DNA from: Camelus ferus
Taxonomy: Eukaryota
DNA length: 64,000 nucleotides
Direction of reading: 5' to 3'
Assembly (NCBI RefSeq): GCF_009834535.1
Contig: NC_045696.1
Location: 43,836,001-43,900,000 of the forward strand
Position numbers and translations under genes: made by a program. Positions 50,601 to 64,000 of this stretch are shown piece by piece. The number at the start of each line of letters is the position of its first letter. Positions within the stretch are counted from its first letter, which is position 1. A model generated the notes under the pieces. It had not been told where the DNA came from. It saw only the letters and a program-made list of their open reading frames with translations, and did not search any database.

Positions 50601-51598
50601 TGGTCCACAATTTTCTTAGTAATGTTAACTTTATTTAATAAGGTGATTGATAATAACTTATTACTTAGCAATGAATGATGAGTTCTCTAAAAGATTTTTG
50701 TAAACTTAGGAAAACAAGAGGCAGATTTATGTCATGTGAGTTTAAGAATAAACCTGTCAGTTTGAACAAATGACTGTTCTTTACCTACATTGATAATGTA
50801 GGTTGTTTCCATGAGAAAAAAGTACAAAGCCTCATTTTCAAACATTACAATAGAATACACTCACTGTATCATCTTAGTTTTGTTTTGCTCTTTGCTTCTT
50901 AAAACCTACAGCTTTTTTCAATAAAACTGTTGAACCCAGGTCTGAAAAATAATTTATACATAGAAAAAGAGTGACATGTGTTATAAAGGGTTTTTTATGA
51001 TTTCAGTGCGTATTAGACACATATTAAAGAGCCTTCTAAGATAATATTAATCACTACTAATATACTATTAGTGTCTATGTGAGAATGAAAGAGAAGATAG
51101 AGAAGTGGTGATTTGTGACATTGGAAATTCTGTACATTGAAGTTGATAGAGATATGACTAAACTGCCAAATTCAGTGCTGTTGATGATACAAACACTCTG
51201 ACCTACTAGAGATGAATTTATTGTTTTGAGTTCCAAGAGCTATGACCCAAATACAACAGGGGCTAAACTTACACAATCTGTCTTATCATTAGCTCTCCTT
51301 TAAAAGAGTAATTTTTGAAGCAGAGGAAGGGCAAATTTATGAATTATTAAAATATTTGAATTCATACTGGGACTTTTGATTGTCCGTTTATCACTGAAAG
51401 CAAAATATGCTACCTGTTTGGAATAATTTTTTTTAAGGCTAATGAACTGTTAGCCATATTTTTTAAATCATTAAGAAAAATCTTGGTTCATTTTCTGGAG
51501 ATAAGTATTATTGTACCTGCAACTAATTCTTCCTTTCTGACATTGACTACTGAGGTAGATTGAATTATGACTTTACCCTTAGCATGGTCTTAGCATAG

Positions 51599-52076
51599 GT
51601 GTGGTACCCTTCTCAGCTTCTTGATTTAGGCTTGCTATATGTGGCTTGCTTTGACTAATGGCACGTAGTGATCACTGACAGTGTGCCATTTCTGAATATA
51701 AGTCTTCAGAAGCCTCACATGGTTCTGTGTGTTATTCTATGCTCTTGCTATTGCTATGAAAAGAGCATGCTCTGGCTGGTCTGCTGATCCAAGGTGGATG
51801 AGATACATAGGAAGCAGACCAGAACCTGCAGATCTGCAGTGTGGAGCAGAACTGCCCATCTAAAGTAGAAGACCCCCAGTTGACTCTCAGGTTCATAAGG
51901 GAACATAGTCAAAATCAAGTGAGCTGCAAAGTTGAGTCCTGCCTTGGTCAGCCACCCATAGTTAACCCTTAAGTGCATGAGAAAGGCTCTCATTCTTGAG
52001 TTAGTTTGATATGAAGACGTATTTTTTTATTTGTTTATTTGTTTGTTCATTTTGTTTTGGCAGTAGCTAATTAATA
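51599..52076 (+). mobile_element. MLT1H-like MaLR LTR
   Basis: atgtggcttgctttgactaatgg...gcagtagctaattaata terminus typical of MLT1. Confidence 0.75.
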
Positions 52077-52438
52077 GAGCTACTTTTTCAATAGATATTC
52101 CCATGTGTTTCTTCTGCTGCCCTATTTCTGAAATAAGTAACTGCTTGTGAATTTGCTACAGTGTAAGGAAATCACAGTGTGTATTCTATGAACAGTAGAC
52201 TAACAGGTTACAAATGAATATTTAGGTTCAGTTTATTGCAGATATTCACAAGGGTGATGCCCTGTGAGTTTTATTATGTGTCCTTTAGAGCTACCTATCT
52301 CTCTTTAGTTTGATCATTGAAAACTTTTTTTCTTTTTCATTTTTTTTTTGTAGGTATAAATGCTTGGCAATAGCTCAAAAGCATGCTGTACAAAGCCACT
52401 TAAATTTAAATCTTTAAGTTCTATTCTCCCTTAATATC

Positions 52439-52492
52439 TACTTAAAATATCTTAGTCACTCTCCGTACTTAAAATATCTTAGTCACTCTCCG
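52439..52492. repeat. Perfect 27 bp tandem duplication
   Basis: TACTTAAAATATCTTAGTCACTCTCCG x2. Confidence 0.97.
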
Positions 52493-53379
52493 TGGACATG
52501 ATCTATCTATCTGGAAAATTCCTCCTAAATGCTGCTCATTGTCTCAAGGCATCTATAACTGGTCAGCATTATCCTCTTAAAGGTGAGGATGCTACTGAGC
52601 CATCTTCAGTATGATAGGGAAGTGAATTTTCACTGACATTCCCATAAAGTTTCCCCTTGTCTTACAGTACTATGGCAAACACTTATGAGATTGTTGACTG
52701 GGGTTAATAGTTCAATGTGTATCCAGAGTATAAATAACTCACAAAGATCAGATCTGTATTCTTTCACCAGGATAGCAGTTCTGCCTAGGATCTCAGCAGT
52801 CACCTGATTGAGACAGAATCAGTATCTCAGTGGCAGAATAAATCAAATTACTTAAATCAGCAAAATAAACAGTGTCAAGGTTGGAAAAAATGAGATTTGC
52901 AAATATCTTTTGAACATCTAGTGAGGTAAAATACCAAAGACAAACTTGGATATAAAACCAATGTAAAACTGGTTTCACTATCCTACACAAGAATTTATTT
53001 AATCATGCTGCATAAGAAGAAAAATTGCTTGCAGTTCTACTATGCACAACTGTCATTACTATTGATTAGAATAACTAGATTTAGATGAGTTGCTGAAGGG
53101 ATAAACTTAAAATAATCAAGTTTTAATAGCATTTCTATTTCTAGAAGGAACCTGTAAAAGATATAATCAAGAATATCACTTTTGAGTAGCTAAGAATTCA
53201 TGAATCCCTGCAAAAAATTTCATTTCCTAACAGAAAAGAAAGTTTAAAAAGAGTGAGTATAATGAAGAAGATATGTGTCCAATATAATAAAACTCTATAT
53301 GTGTGTGTATAACAACACATCATTCTTGCCATCCACCTATAGGTCGTGGAAAAGCTAAAATTATTATGTGTAGTAGGAT

Positions 53380-55060
53380 TTGCATTATAATTGCTGGAAA
53401 CCTAATTCCAGTTATTGGGTTGGAATGCCCTGTTCAGATGTAATTGAGTAACTTTATCTGCCAAGTGTCTTCCAAGGGACTGCTAGTATGTTGGTTATAC
53501 CAACCAAGTCATACAGTTTGTGCCAATCAGAGACATATCAGCATGAAACCTATCATATGCAACTTTAATTTTAATTTTTATTTCATATGAAGACTCAACA
53601 GCAAAAAATGGAGCTTATAAAGTGAAGTGTCAAAACCATTTAAGCTATAAATTAATTATGCTAAAGGAAACAATTATGGACATTTTATAATATAGACCCC
53701 AAATAAGGAGAATAAAGAGGTTTTTGAAGATGATAAATTTTAAATACTTTTTTAAGAAGTAAAAACATATCTAGACTAACTTTATCTGGTTTTTGTTGAA
53801 AACCATTGCTCTTCAAGAAAACTGAGGTTTCAAGAAGGTCTAGAAGTCCAGAGTAAGTGTTCAGGAAAGGCACAGGCCTAGGTTATTGGCTCCTGTGCTC
53901 AATTTTACCAAGGGGATTTTAGCACATGAACTTACTGGCTACCTCATTACCAAAAAGCGGCTGGCCTAATGCAATAGCTTACTGATGACTCAAGCATGGC
54001 ATTAGTTGGGAGACAATATATTGAAAGTATGGGGATCTCCCTTATAGCATGCATTTTATGCTTTGAATCAGAGACCATTGTATGATACTTTCAGTCCATA
54101 GTCAGAATTCAGTAATCAGAAAATTAAAGAGTAATCAAGAAAGTGTCTTTTCTCACTATTATTCCTAATAAATTACTCAACGACTTTTTGCTTTTCTCTG
54201 GTAACTTTGAGCTCTATTTGTAAAATAGACTTAATTCTCAAGGGGAGAATGCTTCCTTTATGAGAGTGCAACACTGGTACTATTGAATTGGAAAACAAGC
54301 TTGCCACCTGCAATTTTGGGCTCCATGTCCACTGAACTAATAGACAGAAAAAGGTTACTCTAATGGCTGAAGTGATTGATACTGATTACCCGTAGATACA
54401 GGTTTTGCTTCTACACCGTAGGAACACAGAGGACTTTTAAGAGTACAGACTCTTAACACTTTTGTGTGAAATAGTAAAGGTAATTGGAAAATCAGAGCAA
54501 CCAAAGAAAGAACTATTGAAGACTTAAATCCTACAGAAACGAGGGGTTTGAGTTGTCACACCTGGTAAAGAACACTAATTGATATTCTGGCTGAAAGCAA
54601 ATGAAATATTGACTAAGTAGCAGAAGAATGATTTGCAAATATCAAATATAGCCTCATAATCAATTATAGAAGTTAGGACTTCAACTTTGCATATATATTT
54701 TTTTGTTTATTATGTGTATATATATTTTTTTCTATACACATATTACCTGTTTTTAATCTCTTTTCTCTTACTGTTTTATCTACAAATTATTGGAGGTTAA
54801 ACTTATACTTTTTCTTTAGACAACAAATGGTCAGTTAAATAGTGACTTAATTTGAGCAGTAGCTAATACAGCTAGTTGTGGGATATAGCGACAATTAGGA
54901 CTCTGTGACCCCTCATTTTGGGGGAGGGTAAGAACTTCATACTTTGTACAAAGAATAACTATATCTTGTTAGGTGGAAATATGAAGTTGTTCCTACTGTC
55001 TTAAAGGAGTTCAAATGTTTGTATAAAGGTGTGTATGGAATGTGAATAACCATCGTTGTA
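53380..55060 (+). mobile_element. Ancient ERVL internal relic (integrase 3' part and dUTPase)
   Basis: Decayed matches to ERVL motifs: LGDNILKVWG...AFYALNQRPLY (~54005-54085) and LNWK...LPP..FGL...VTLMAEVIDTDY (~54280-54390). Confidence 0.75.
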
Positions 55061-55061
55061 G

Positions 55062-55735
55062 AGTGCAACAGTTAACAATTTATTGACTGTCAGCAGCACG
55101 TCAATCCTTTCTTCTCCTGCGTTGTTATATTAGATCTGGATGTTACTCTTTGGACAATTGATTTTGATGTATGGTTTTATCAAGAGAGGGTACTAGAGAG
55201 AGATTACAAAACCTGGGCAGGATGAAGGGGTTGAGCAGTTTTTGGCCTGACAGGTAGTGGTTTGGAATGTGGAGGCTTGGTAGTGTTAACCTCAGAGACC
55301 CTCATAAACTAGCTGAAGCCCAAACACGCTGATGGGTTTCTCTGCCACCCAGCCAGTGGGCTGCTGCTGTAGACCAGCCATAGCTCACACAGTTGTACAA
55401 GTTCTTTGCCACCAGGAGGGTTGCTCCACATCCTTCAGCAAGTTTACTTGCCACAAGAGTCTGAGTGTCTCTTTTGCGTACTTTATCCAAAGAGGTCTAA
55501 ATCCCAGCTTTGAGTCCGCCCCTATCATAAGTTTTTAAGTTCCTTTCTTACACACTTTCCCTCAGTCCTAGAGGTAGGAACAACTTTATACATCTGCTAT
55601 TTCTGTACTCCTTAAAGTCTTCTTTATCCTATTTAGTAAGCACCTTTTATTAGTTAGCAATTCCTAATATTAAATTCTCCCTGTTCATATCATTGATATA
55701 GTTTCTGTCTTCTGACTTGACTCTGACATAACAAC
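55062..55735 (+). mobile_element. LTR33-like ERVL LTR (3' LTR of the ERVL relic)
   Basis: tattgactgtcagc near the start; atattaaattctccctgttca...gtttctgtcttctgact terminus. Confidence 0.7.
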
Positions 55736-58700
55736 CATATTTTTATTGCACCTCTATTTTCTATTTTTCCTGACATTTCTTTTGCTTTTCTCCTTTTTAC
55801 TTTTATTATCCCAATCCAATTATTGTCTTTAATATGACATTTTAAAACTTGGACAGTAATAATATTTATTGAGTATGTGTTTTTATTTTTTAAGCAAGAT
55901 AGATTAAGGCTTTTTTATTTCTCTAGGGAAAAGTTGTTTTTTTAAAAATGTTAGCTATATTTATTTTCTTGTTCAAATAAAGCCTTTGGCTATTAAAATT
56001 CTCGAGCCAGTATCCAAGTGTAAGCTTTAAGTATTGGCATGCCCTTTATATCTAACCACCATCTCTCCAAGTACAAATGAATTTCATTAGATATCTCCCA
56101 TACATATATGTAAATGAATGAGCATCAGAGTATGAAACTATTAATTCATATGCTTTGAAAAAATAAAAGTTAGCTCAGTGTGATAAATTATTTATTGTTA
56201 TGATTATTTATAAGGAACAAGAAATATTAAGCTATAAATATAATTTAGAATGGGAGGTACAGTAGGAAAACATCACTGGCTACATGAGTCTTAGGATTAT
56301 TCCGTGTTCAGCAAATAGAAGAGGTCCAAATAATAACCCTAACCCTTAAATGCAGTCAAAAATTAAAGCCAGAAAGACAAAACTGTCATTGAGTAATAAC
56401 TAGCTCTTTCATATTCATTGTCTATATATGTAATTTTTGTTTTGCTTCATAGTCTGTTCTCTATTTATTACAGTCAGCCAAAAAAGTTTAGTCTATCTAA
56501 AAATGTTAGAATTTCACAATGGAATGATCAAGGCAGGAAAATATCCTAGATTATAGGAAAGAATCTCTACATATCTGAAAGGGAATTTTACTTTCACTGT
56601 TGTTTCCATTGAAGAGACACAGTAGAGGATTAAGCAAAAATACACAGATTTATCAAGTGGAGAGTATATTGCTAATATTGGCCCTAGCCAATGATGCTGG
56701 CTTTGATTTGGAATAGTAGTCAGGCTTCACATTATGATGGAATAAGTAGGAAGCATTTTAAAATTAATTTGATAAGTAACAGCCTTTATTATTTTTTAAT
56801 CACAGTAAATGTGATACATTTCTTTTTTGCTTTATCAAACTAATTCATTTTTAGAATACTCCTTTAGATCTCAAGATGAACATATTTTACTTTCTTTAGA
56901 TGCAACCAGATGAAAACCTGTAGAACAGATGGAGGGCACAACCTGGGATGGAGCCTTATGGAGACAGATTTGTCATCAGATCTCTACAAATCACATTGTA
57001 CCACTTCATGTGGTGTACACCTGTGGCTGCTTGATAATGTACTTTGCTGCCACACAAGAGACACTGTAGCCCTGTAAATGCCTATTTTATTGTGTCTATA
57101 ATGTGCCTTAAAACAATAATGAAATAAAGGGACTGGTGTGTCGTAGGGAGATAATGTTCACAGGAGGTGCATAAGACACTTTAACAAGACTTCTTTCTGC
57201 CAAAATTTGTATGTTAAAACATTCTAGCCCCATGTTCTGGGGTGAAAATGGGAGTTTGCCATTAAAGATTGATTTTCTCAGTTTCTTATGATTATAAACA
57301 CACCTGTTCAAAATAACTTTGTGACGATAGACTGAAGAAATTTTGTGCTAAGTGTTTCTTCTCATATGCCTGTATTTGTCTTGAACAGGAGTTGGTCTTT
57401 TGAAAACAGATTCTCAAAACAGCAAGTTGTTCAAGGGGTGAAATTTGTAATATTTGATAAACGTGCAGTCTCAATTTACTTATTTTAACATTAAATCTTT
57501 TAAAGATCCCACCCATGCCTAGGTGCTTTTGTGTTTTAAGGACAATCTGAACTCTGAATATTAAATGTTACATTATACTTAAGCATACCTTTATGTTACT
57601 CACTGTATCTTATAAATGTAAATAACAGGACTCTAGGTCTACTTTTACTGTATGTTAGGTCAGTGCAACTGTAAATCCTCAAATCATTATCCATAGGAAT
57701 AAAAATTGTGACAATATTTAACAAACTAGGTCCATAGTCTTTGTGAAGTTTCCTCAGTATTAAAATGAAACTGAGTAAAAACTTTACATTTCTAAAAAAT
57801 AACAATAGAAAATTTTAAGAAATATAACAGATTTTGAAGTTTGAAGCATGTAAAAATGCCTAAAAATGCAAGATATATAAGTAACCATGCAAGTCTCAAA
57901 TTTCAAACAAAATTTTGAAATAAAATGTATTAAGATAACTGGTAGTTTAGTATCAAAAAGTAATTTGAATAAACTTTCAGTTCATAGAAGAGATCAGTTG
58001 AAACATGGTAGAAATGTGCAAACATATCTTGAAGAATAGAAAACTCAGTCTATCTCTCTTTGTGGTTTAAAGATATCTAATACCTGCTGACTTCTGTCCT
58101 CTAGCCCTCTGTATATTGTCTTATTTTTGTTCTTCTACAGACAAACTCTCTTGGTTCTACTTGCACATGGTTTAATTTGGTCCCCATAACCCCCTACCCC
58201 ATGCCAAATGGCAGCCAGAGCACTTGGTTCTACAGTGATTTTAAATTTTCTCAATTAACTGACAGTTTCTTTTTATCTAAATTGTGAATCGCCAGAAAAC
58301 AGAATTTCACTGGCCAGGTTTGACTGGGGAAATAAGATGGTAGTTTTCACATGTCTCTCTCGGATCATAATGCCATAGCATATTTTTTAAAGTGAAAAAG
58401 TATTTTAAAGTAAAATAAAGTATTGACATTTGGTAAGAATTGGGTAAATTAACAGGGTAGATTTATGACAACTAAATTTTGTTTACTAGAATATAAAAAA
58501 CAACTTTTGTGTTTACTCCCATAAACAAGCCCTTTATTCACTGCTGTCAGGCCAATATCTTTTCATACAATACATACAGAATTCTGTTTCCAATACAATT
58601 TATCATTCTTCATTTCTTACTTTTTTCAGGAAGCTTCTCTGATGAATTTATCAAATGTCAGTATGTCTGTAACACATAATCAGCATTTTAATATACCATT

Positions 58701-60012
58701 GAATTTTCTAATTATGTTATACATATTTACTATTTATCATATATTCATGTGCTATATTCATGTGTGCACCTGGTGACACCTACACAATTATAGAATTCTT
58801 AAAGTTATACTAATACCACATCTACATTATCTACAGTGAAATTCTGTAATTAGAGCCTGATGCTAGCCTCTTGTGGCCAGAGATCACACACTATTCCTCT
58901 TTGAAATCCCAGAGAGAGCTTAGGACTAGAACTATAGCTTTGGTTCAATAAAAATGTGTGGTCAAATTACAGGAAGATACTACATAAGGTAGTCCTAGAA
59001 TGGTTTAGGAGTATTTAATTACCTTTGCTGATAAAACATGTAAAAGATCAGAACCAAAAGGACTTACAATTTATTGAGGACTCACTGATAAAAAATTGAT
59101 AAAGGGTAAAAAGCTAATTCAGCCTTAAATATTACTTACCTGAATAGAATGACCTTAGTTTCTGATATGCAAAAATGTAAATTAATCTGAGGTTAAGCTC
59201 TTTACTATTTTTCAAGAAGAAATAGAGTAATCAGAAATCTTCTGACTTATAATCATTAGACCTCACAGTATTTAGACATGAGTTGGAAAGAAAATAACTT
59301 AAGGAAAAAACATGGAAGAGCATTTTTATTATAGCTTGTATAATTGTATAAAATAATTAGAGAGGATGTGAATGATTTGAAAGTAAATAGACTTTCCTGA
59401 ATAAAGAATGGACTAACAAATATTTAACTATTATCTTGTGATATAATTCAGAAATGAATATAATAATAAAAATTTGAAGAATTTGGAAGTAAAACTCAGA
59501 TTTGATCCATTTTATTAGGTTATAATTCTTCAAATGGGAAGTAAATACACAAAGCAATAAATATTGTTATTTTTTCACACTGCTCTTCTAATAAAGAATT
59601 TTAGCATTCATTAAAATACAATATCTATTTCATAAATGTAATTGTATGCAGTGCTACTCAGTGTGGGGTCAATAGACCAGCTGCCAGATCACAGACTATA
59701 TGTTACTCAACTATGATTTTTTTTAAATGCACTTTCTTCTTTGAGAATGTCTCACTATGAAAAAAAGGAATATCATCAAACAACCTTAATAATATAGGTG
59801 ATTTACTTTTGGCACAAACTTCTTTATCAAGTTGTAAATTAGCTCTTTGTACTTATTCATTCTGCTGATGATAAATAACTATACACAAATAAACACCTAA
59901 ACTATATCCTTTTTTTTGTACAATTTGTGATAAGACAGGTATAAAAAGATAACACAGCTCTGCTTGTTTATTCAAAATCTCTTTCTGTACTTTTGTCTTG
60001 TGAGTCAAAAGT

Positions 60013-60255
60013 TCAGTCAGCCCACATTCCCTGGGTTTTGCCTCCAAAGATTCAGCCAATCAAGGATTCAACCAACTGTGAACTGAAACTGATTCCCAGA
60101 TGGTTGAATCATAGTATGCAAAACCCACTGATATAGACGAATGATTGTATTTGTTGTACATCACCATTTTATATAAGGGACTTGAGCATCTGCAGATTTT
60201 GGTATCCACGAAGGCTCCTGGAACCAATTTTCTGAAGATAGTGAGGGTCAACTGT
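60013..60255 (-). mobile_element. MER2-like TcMar-Tigger MITE
   Basis: cagtcagccc...gagggtcaactgta TIRs; internal atataagggacttgagcatctgcagattttggtatcc. Confidence 0.8.
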
Positions 60256-60289
60256 ACTAATAACTATTCCTTTTCTTTTCTTTTTTTTT

Positions 60290-61560
60290 TTTTATAAGTG
60301 AGTATATGTTGCCTTTATTTTGAAGGACAGTTTAACTGGTTATAGAATTCTTAACTGACTTTTTTTTTTCCTTTCAGTATTTTGTCATTTCACTGCTGAT
60401 TGTCCTTTTTATTCTGATGAGAAGGCAGTGGTAAATCATATTATTTCTGTTCTATAAGAGATGAATCATCTTTCTCTTACTGCTTTAATATTTTTCTCTT
60501 TTACTTTCAGCAGTTGTTATTGATGGCCTAGATAGAAACCTCCTTTTTTTTGTTCTGTCTGAAGTTAAATGAAATCAAATTTGGAAATTCTTCAATATTT
60601 TTGTATATTCTTTCTCCTCTCCCTAGGGATCCCATTATACATCCATCAGTATACTTTTTGTTATCCCACATATCTCTGTACATTTTATTTTAATTTTTTT
60701 TTGCATCAGTTCTTTATATTGGATGATTTCTATTGATCTATTCAAATTAACTGCTTTTGCTATTTCTGTTCTGTTTTTGAATCCATCTAGTTGATTTTTT
60801 ATTTTGGTTATTGCATGGTTGAATTCTAGAATTTTAAAATATATTTTTTGTTTCTCCATTGAAGCCCCTATTTGACAAATCACTGTTACATTTTCCTTTA
60901 GCTCTTTAAACATAGTTGTTTGCAGTCTTTTAACATATCTATAAAAGCATCTTTGAATTATTTTCTAAATCCAACATATGTACTCATTCAAAGACAGTTT
61001 CCACTGACTGCTTTCTTCTTGAGCATGAGCCACACTTTTCTGTGTCTTTGTATGCCTTGTAACTTTTTCTTGTTTTGAGAATTGGATATGTTAGATAACA
61101 TAAGTGTAACAATTCCAATTTTTTAAAATTTCCTAAAGGTGTTTGTTTGTTTGCTTGCTTGTTTTTTAATCTGCATTTATTTAATCTTTTCCTTCGTGGT
61201 GTGCAGGTATTAATGTCCCTGATCTTTTAAATTTTTCTTATTTTTATTTTTTAATTTGTTAGTTAGAAGTTGCTCCAGTATCTGAATAGATCTGTGATCA
61301 GCCAATAGCTGAGTAGTTGTTTTCCTTAAATGTCTTGAGATTGTAAGGCTTCCACGTTCTGCCAATAAGTCTGTGTGTGGATTAGAGAGTGTGTTCTTCT
61401 AATAGGTTAATTTTTAAGTCTGTCTCAGCTTTTACTTTCCACTGTGCTTTCTTGGGTTTTCTCTGTTCATGTGCAGAGTTCCCAGATTAGTGAGAGATGT
61501 ATGAAAAGCTTACCCAGGCTTCTTTGGCTTTTTATTTTCACTATGTCTTCATTACATTTC
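60290..61560 (-). mobile_element. Old L1M 5' UTR/ORF1 relic
   Basis: ORF 60635-60913 (MFKELKE...ITKIKNQLDGFKNRTEIAK) resembles the L1 ORF1 coiled coil. Confidence 0.75.
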
Positions 61561-62569
61561 TGGGGCTTTTTTGTTTTGCTTTTTGCCACTGAGGATATAG
61601 GGATTTATGCCTTAACATGTGCCACTTACTGAGACTGAAATATGGAAAACAGATTGCTTATTAAACTTTTAACAATCTTTTTGATAGCATAAAAAGCATA
61701 CTTATATCTCAGTGTTTTAGGTCATTAATAATCTCATTTTACTCTCATAATTCAAGGACATTTGAAAAAACAAAAAGGCATGATTAGATTGGAATAGCCT
61801 AAGCCTTGATTTAGAGAGCTAGATTTGAATCTTGGCTGCTCAACTTACTTGATATATAAAAACAGTCCCCTGGTCCCAGTTTCTTTTTGCATATGTCAGT
61901 GATTTACAAAGTCTGGCTATTAGGGCATAAATGAAATTTAAATTAAATGATTTAAGTAAAACAGTTATCAGATTTCTAAGGAAAAATGCTACCCAACCCC
62001 TATTTGACACATCATCATGAATAAGCATATGAGATTAATAGATTTCAATTTAGAGTACAAACTTACTGAATTACATGCATGAATTACATGAAATTTTTAT
62101 CAGCATGGTAGAGCTACAGGTAACTTTCTGGTTTACCCCTCCCCAGTATTGTTTTTTACATGTCCCTTTACATCAACACCAAGGTTCTTGAATCTTCCAT
62201 GATTTACATTCCAGAATTCCCATATTAATGAGACTAGGGAAACACTTCCCATGTTTCTTCCACTTAAGAATCACCTAGAGATTTGTTAATGTCGTACAAC
62301 ATCATCTCCAACTCCTCTGGGGTCGTCTTAGTCTGATCAGTCTCTTCCAAGGCCAATGAAGGACACATCTCCTAAAAGATTATTAGCTTCTTACTGCCCC
62401 TTTTCATGAAACAAACTGAGCTTTACTTATTTTTCCTTTAAGGTGAAGCCATAAAATCATTTGCATAATATCTGCTTTTTTCTGTAGGTGTTAAAGACAG
62501 TTTTGCCTGAGAGATAGAGATATAATTCCCTCCATTGGTTGGGTTGACTTTTTCATTGTCAGGGTCTTT

Positions 62570-62745
62570 ATATTCACCACTTAATTAAATCCTCAGAACA
62601 ATCTTATAAGGTATATAGCCCTGTTTTTTGAACATGGACAGTAAGATTTAGACAGACTAAGTAATCTTCCTTAAAGTAACAGAGTTCAGTATTTAAATAA
62701 AGGCAGTCTAACTCCAGAGTCTAGACTATTAAACTGGAAGTAATA
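62570..62745 (-). mobile_element. MIR SINE (other MIR relics at ~44530-44700, ~61770-61880, ~63395-63560)
   Basis: aaatcctcagaacaatcttataagg...aggcagtctaactccagagtc. Confidence 0.7.
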
Positions 62746-64000
62746 CTATCTCCATACAGTGGGCTGATATTTCTGAGTTAGTATATTTTTTAAATAATAA
62801 TGATATACTTGTTATTATGTATATTCCCAAATTATCTTTTGGAGCAAAAGCTATGAAGGAATTTTTGCTGGAACTTTTCCAATTGCAAATATTCCAGAAA
62901 TTATTTGGATCCCTGTTGGTCTTGTTTCGATATTCGACATGACAAAATCACAACGTTCCAGCCATGTGGAAAGATATTGGGGTAGAAATCTGCAGATTTG
63001 AATCTGATCCTTGCCTCTCGTTAACTTTTCCAGAAACTTGGATAAATATTTTCAACGTACTGAATTTTAAATCAGGATGGTATCTTCTATTTCATACCAA
63101 CTTCACAGACATGTTGCAAGTTAAATTATTTACCCTAAAGTTTTAAGAAGACACTGTCAGACAAATTCATTGTCTTTCAACAGTATGACTGAAATGGAGA
63201 CACTATTCTCTTAAAAAAATTAGTATTTTGATCCATATGTTTAACTCTTGAGGCTGGAATCCTAGTCTTAGAATTTATTTTTAGTCAACATATTTTTCTT
63301 AATACCAAACTTATCCATGGATCAGTTACCATTTATTAATTTTGAAGAGCTTAAGAAAAATGAAAATCTAAATTAAAAATTATTATGTTAAATGTGGGTT
63401 GAGCACTTTATATATATCACATCCGTGAAAAATAATTTATATCAATTTCCTCATCTAGAGATAAAACTTAATAAGAACTCAGTTAAAGAGGTTCCTCAGC
63501 TTGTCCAAAGTCACATATTTAGCATATCTTAGAAATAGAGTTTGAATTACAATCTCTTTTAATGCAGAATTCAGGAATTAACCAAGGGCAATGTTACTTC
63601 TTGAATGAAAAATTAGTTGAAAATCAATTCTAACAAAAGTAAAAGTGGCAAAAGTTCAGCAGACAAGGACAGTTTGGTATTCAAGAAGTCAAAATTCCCA
63701 TTTTGGCTTTTACTTTTGGTTCATGCTGTTTTCTTATTGTTCTTACACCTGAGGAGTTGACAGGGCTTGTACCTTCTTTCATTTAAGAAGTCACTGGTAT
63801 GTAGTTTTGCTTTGTGTAAGATACAGTTTTCCCAATGGTATGTTGGTCTTTGTTAACTCCCAGTTGGAAAACTAGTACACATGACTCTTTTACTGAAAAA
63901 CCTCCAGTCATTTCAACTGTGCAAAATACAGCAGCTTAACTCCTAAGCATAATGCACAACTTTGACATTTTGCAGTGCTGGGACATTATGCTCTACACTG

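Noticed and set aside
63966..64000. Start of another L1 3' UTR fragment (ctgggacattatgctctacac)
   Set aside because: Similar to 40611-40630 but cut by the window edge; too short to call.

Overview
AT-rich, repeat-dense mammalian DNA. It is almost certainly camelid, given a Vic-1-type tRNA-derived SINE and camelid-type L1 3' ends. I found no intact protein-coding gene. Main contents: (1) an old, 5'-truncated, frameshifted processed pseudogene of DMWD (minus strand, ~1343-3065) whose centre is unexpectedly CpG-rich and carries an NRF1 palindrome, a GC box and a derived antisense splice donor, making it a candidate exapted promoter; (2) a young 2.8 kb 5'-truncated L1 with a 13 bp TSD; (3) a ~21 kb ERV1 cluster (17.3-38.7 kb) built on a MER34-like provirus with a tRNA-Ser PBS, multi-level nested insertions, env remnants and at least ten LTRs, including two inverted LTR copies that share a 322 bp perfectly identical core but have diverged ends; (4) a probable mRNA-3'-end/L1 chimeric retrocopy; (5) older L1M, MIR, MaLR, ERVL and DNA-transposon relics. 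Repeat family names come from recognition by eye and need RepeatMasker/Dfam confirmation. Many boundaries of old repeats are approximate.
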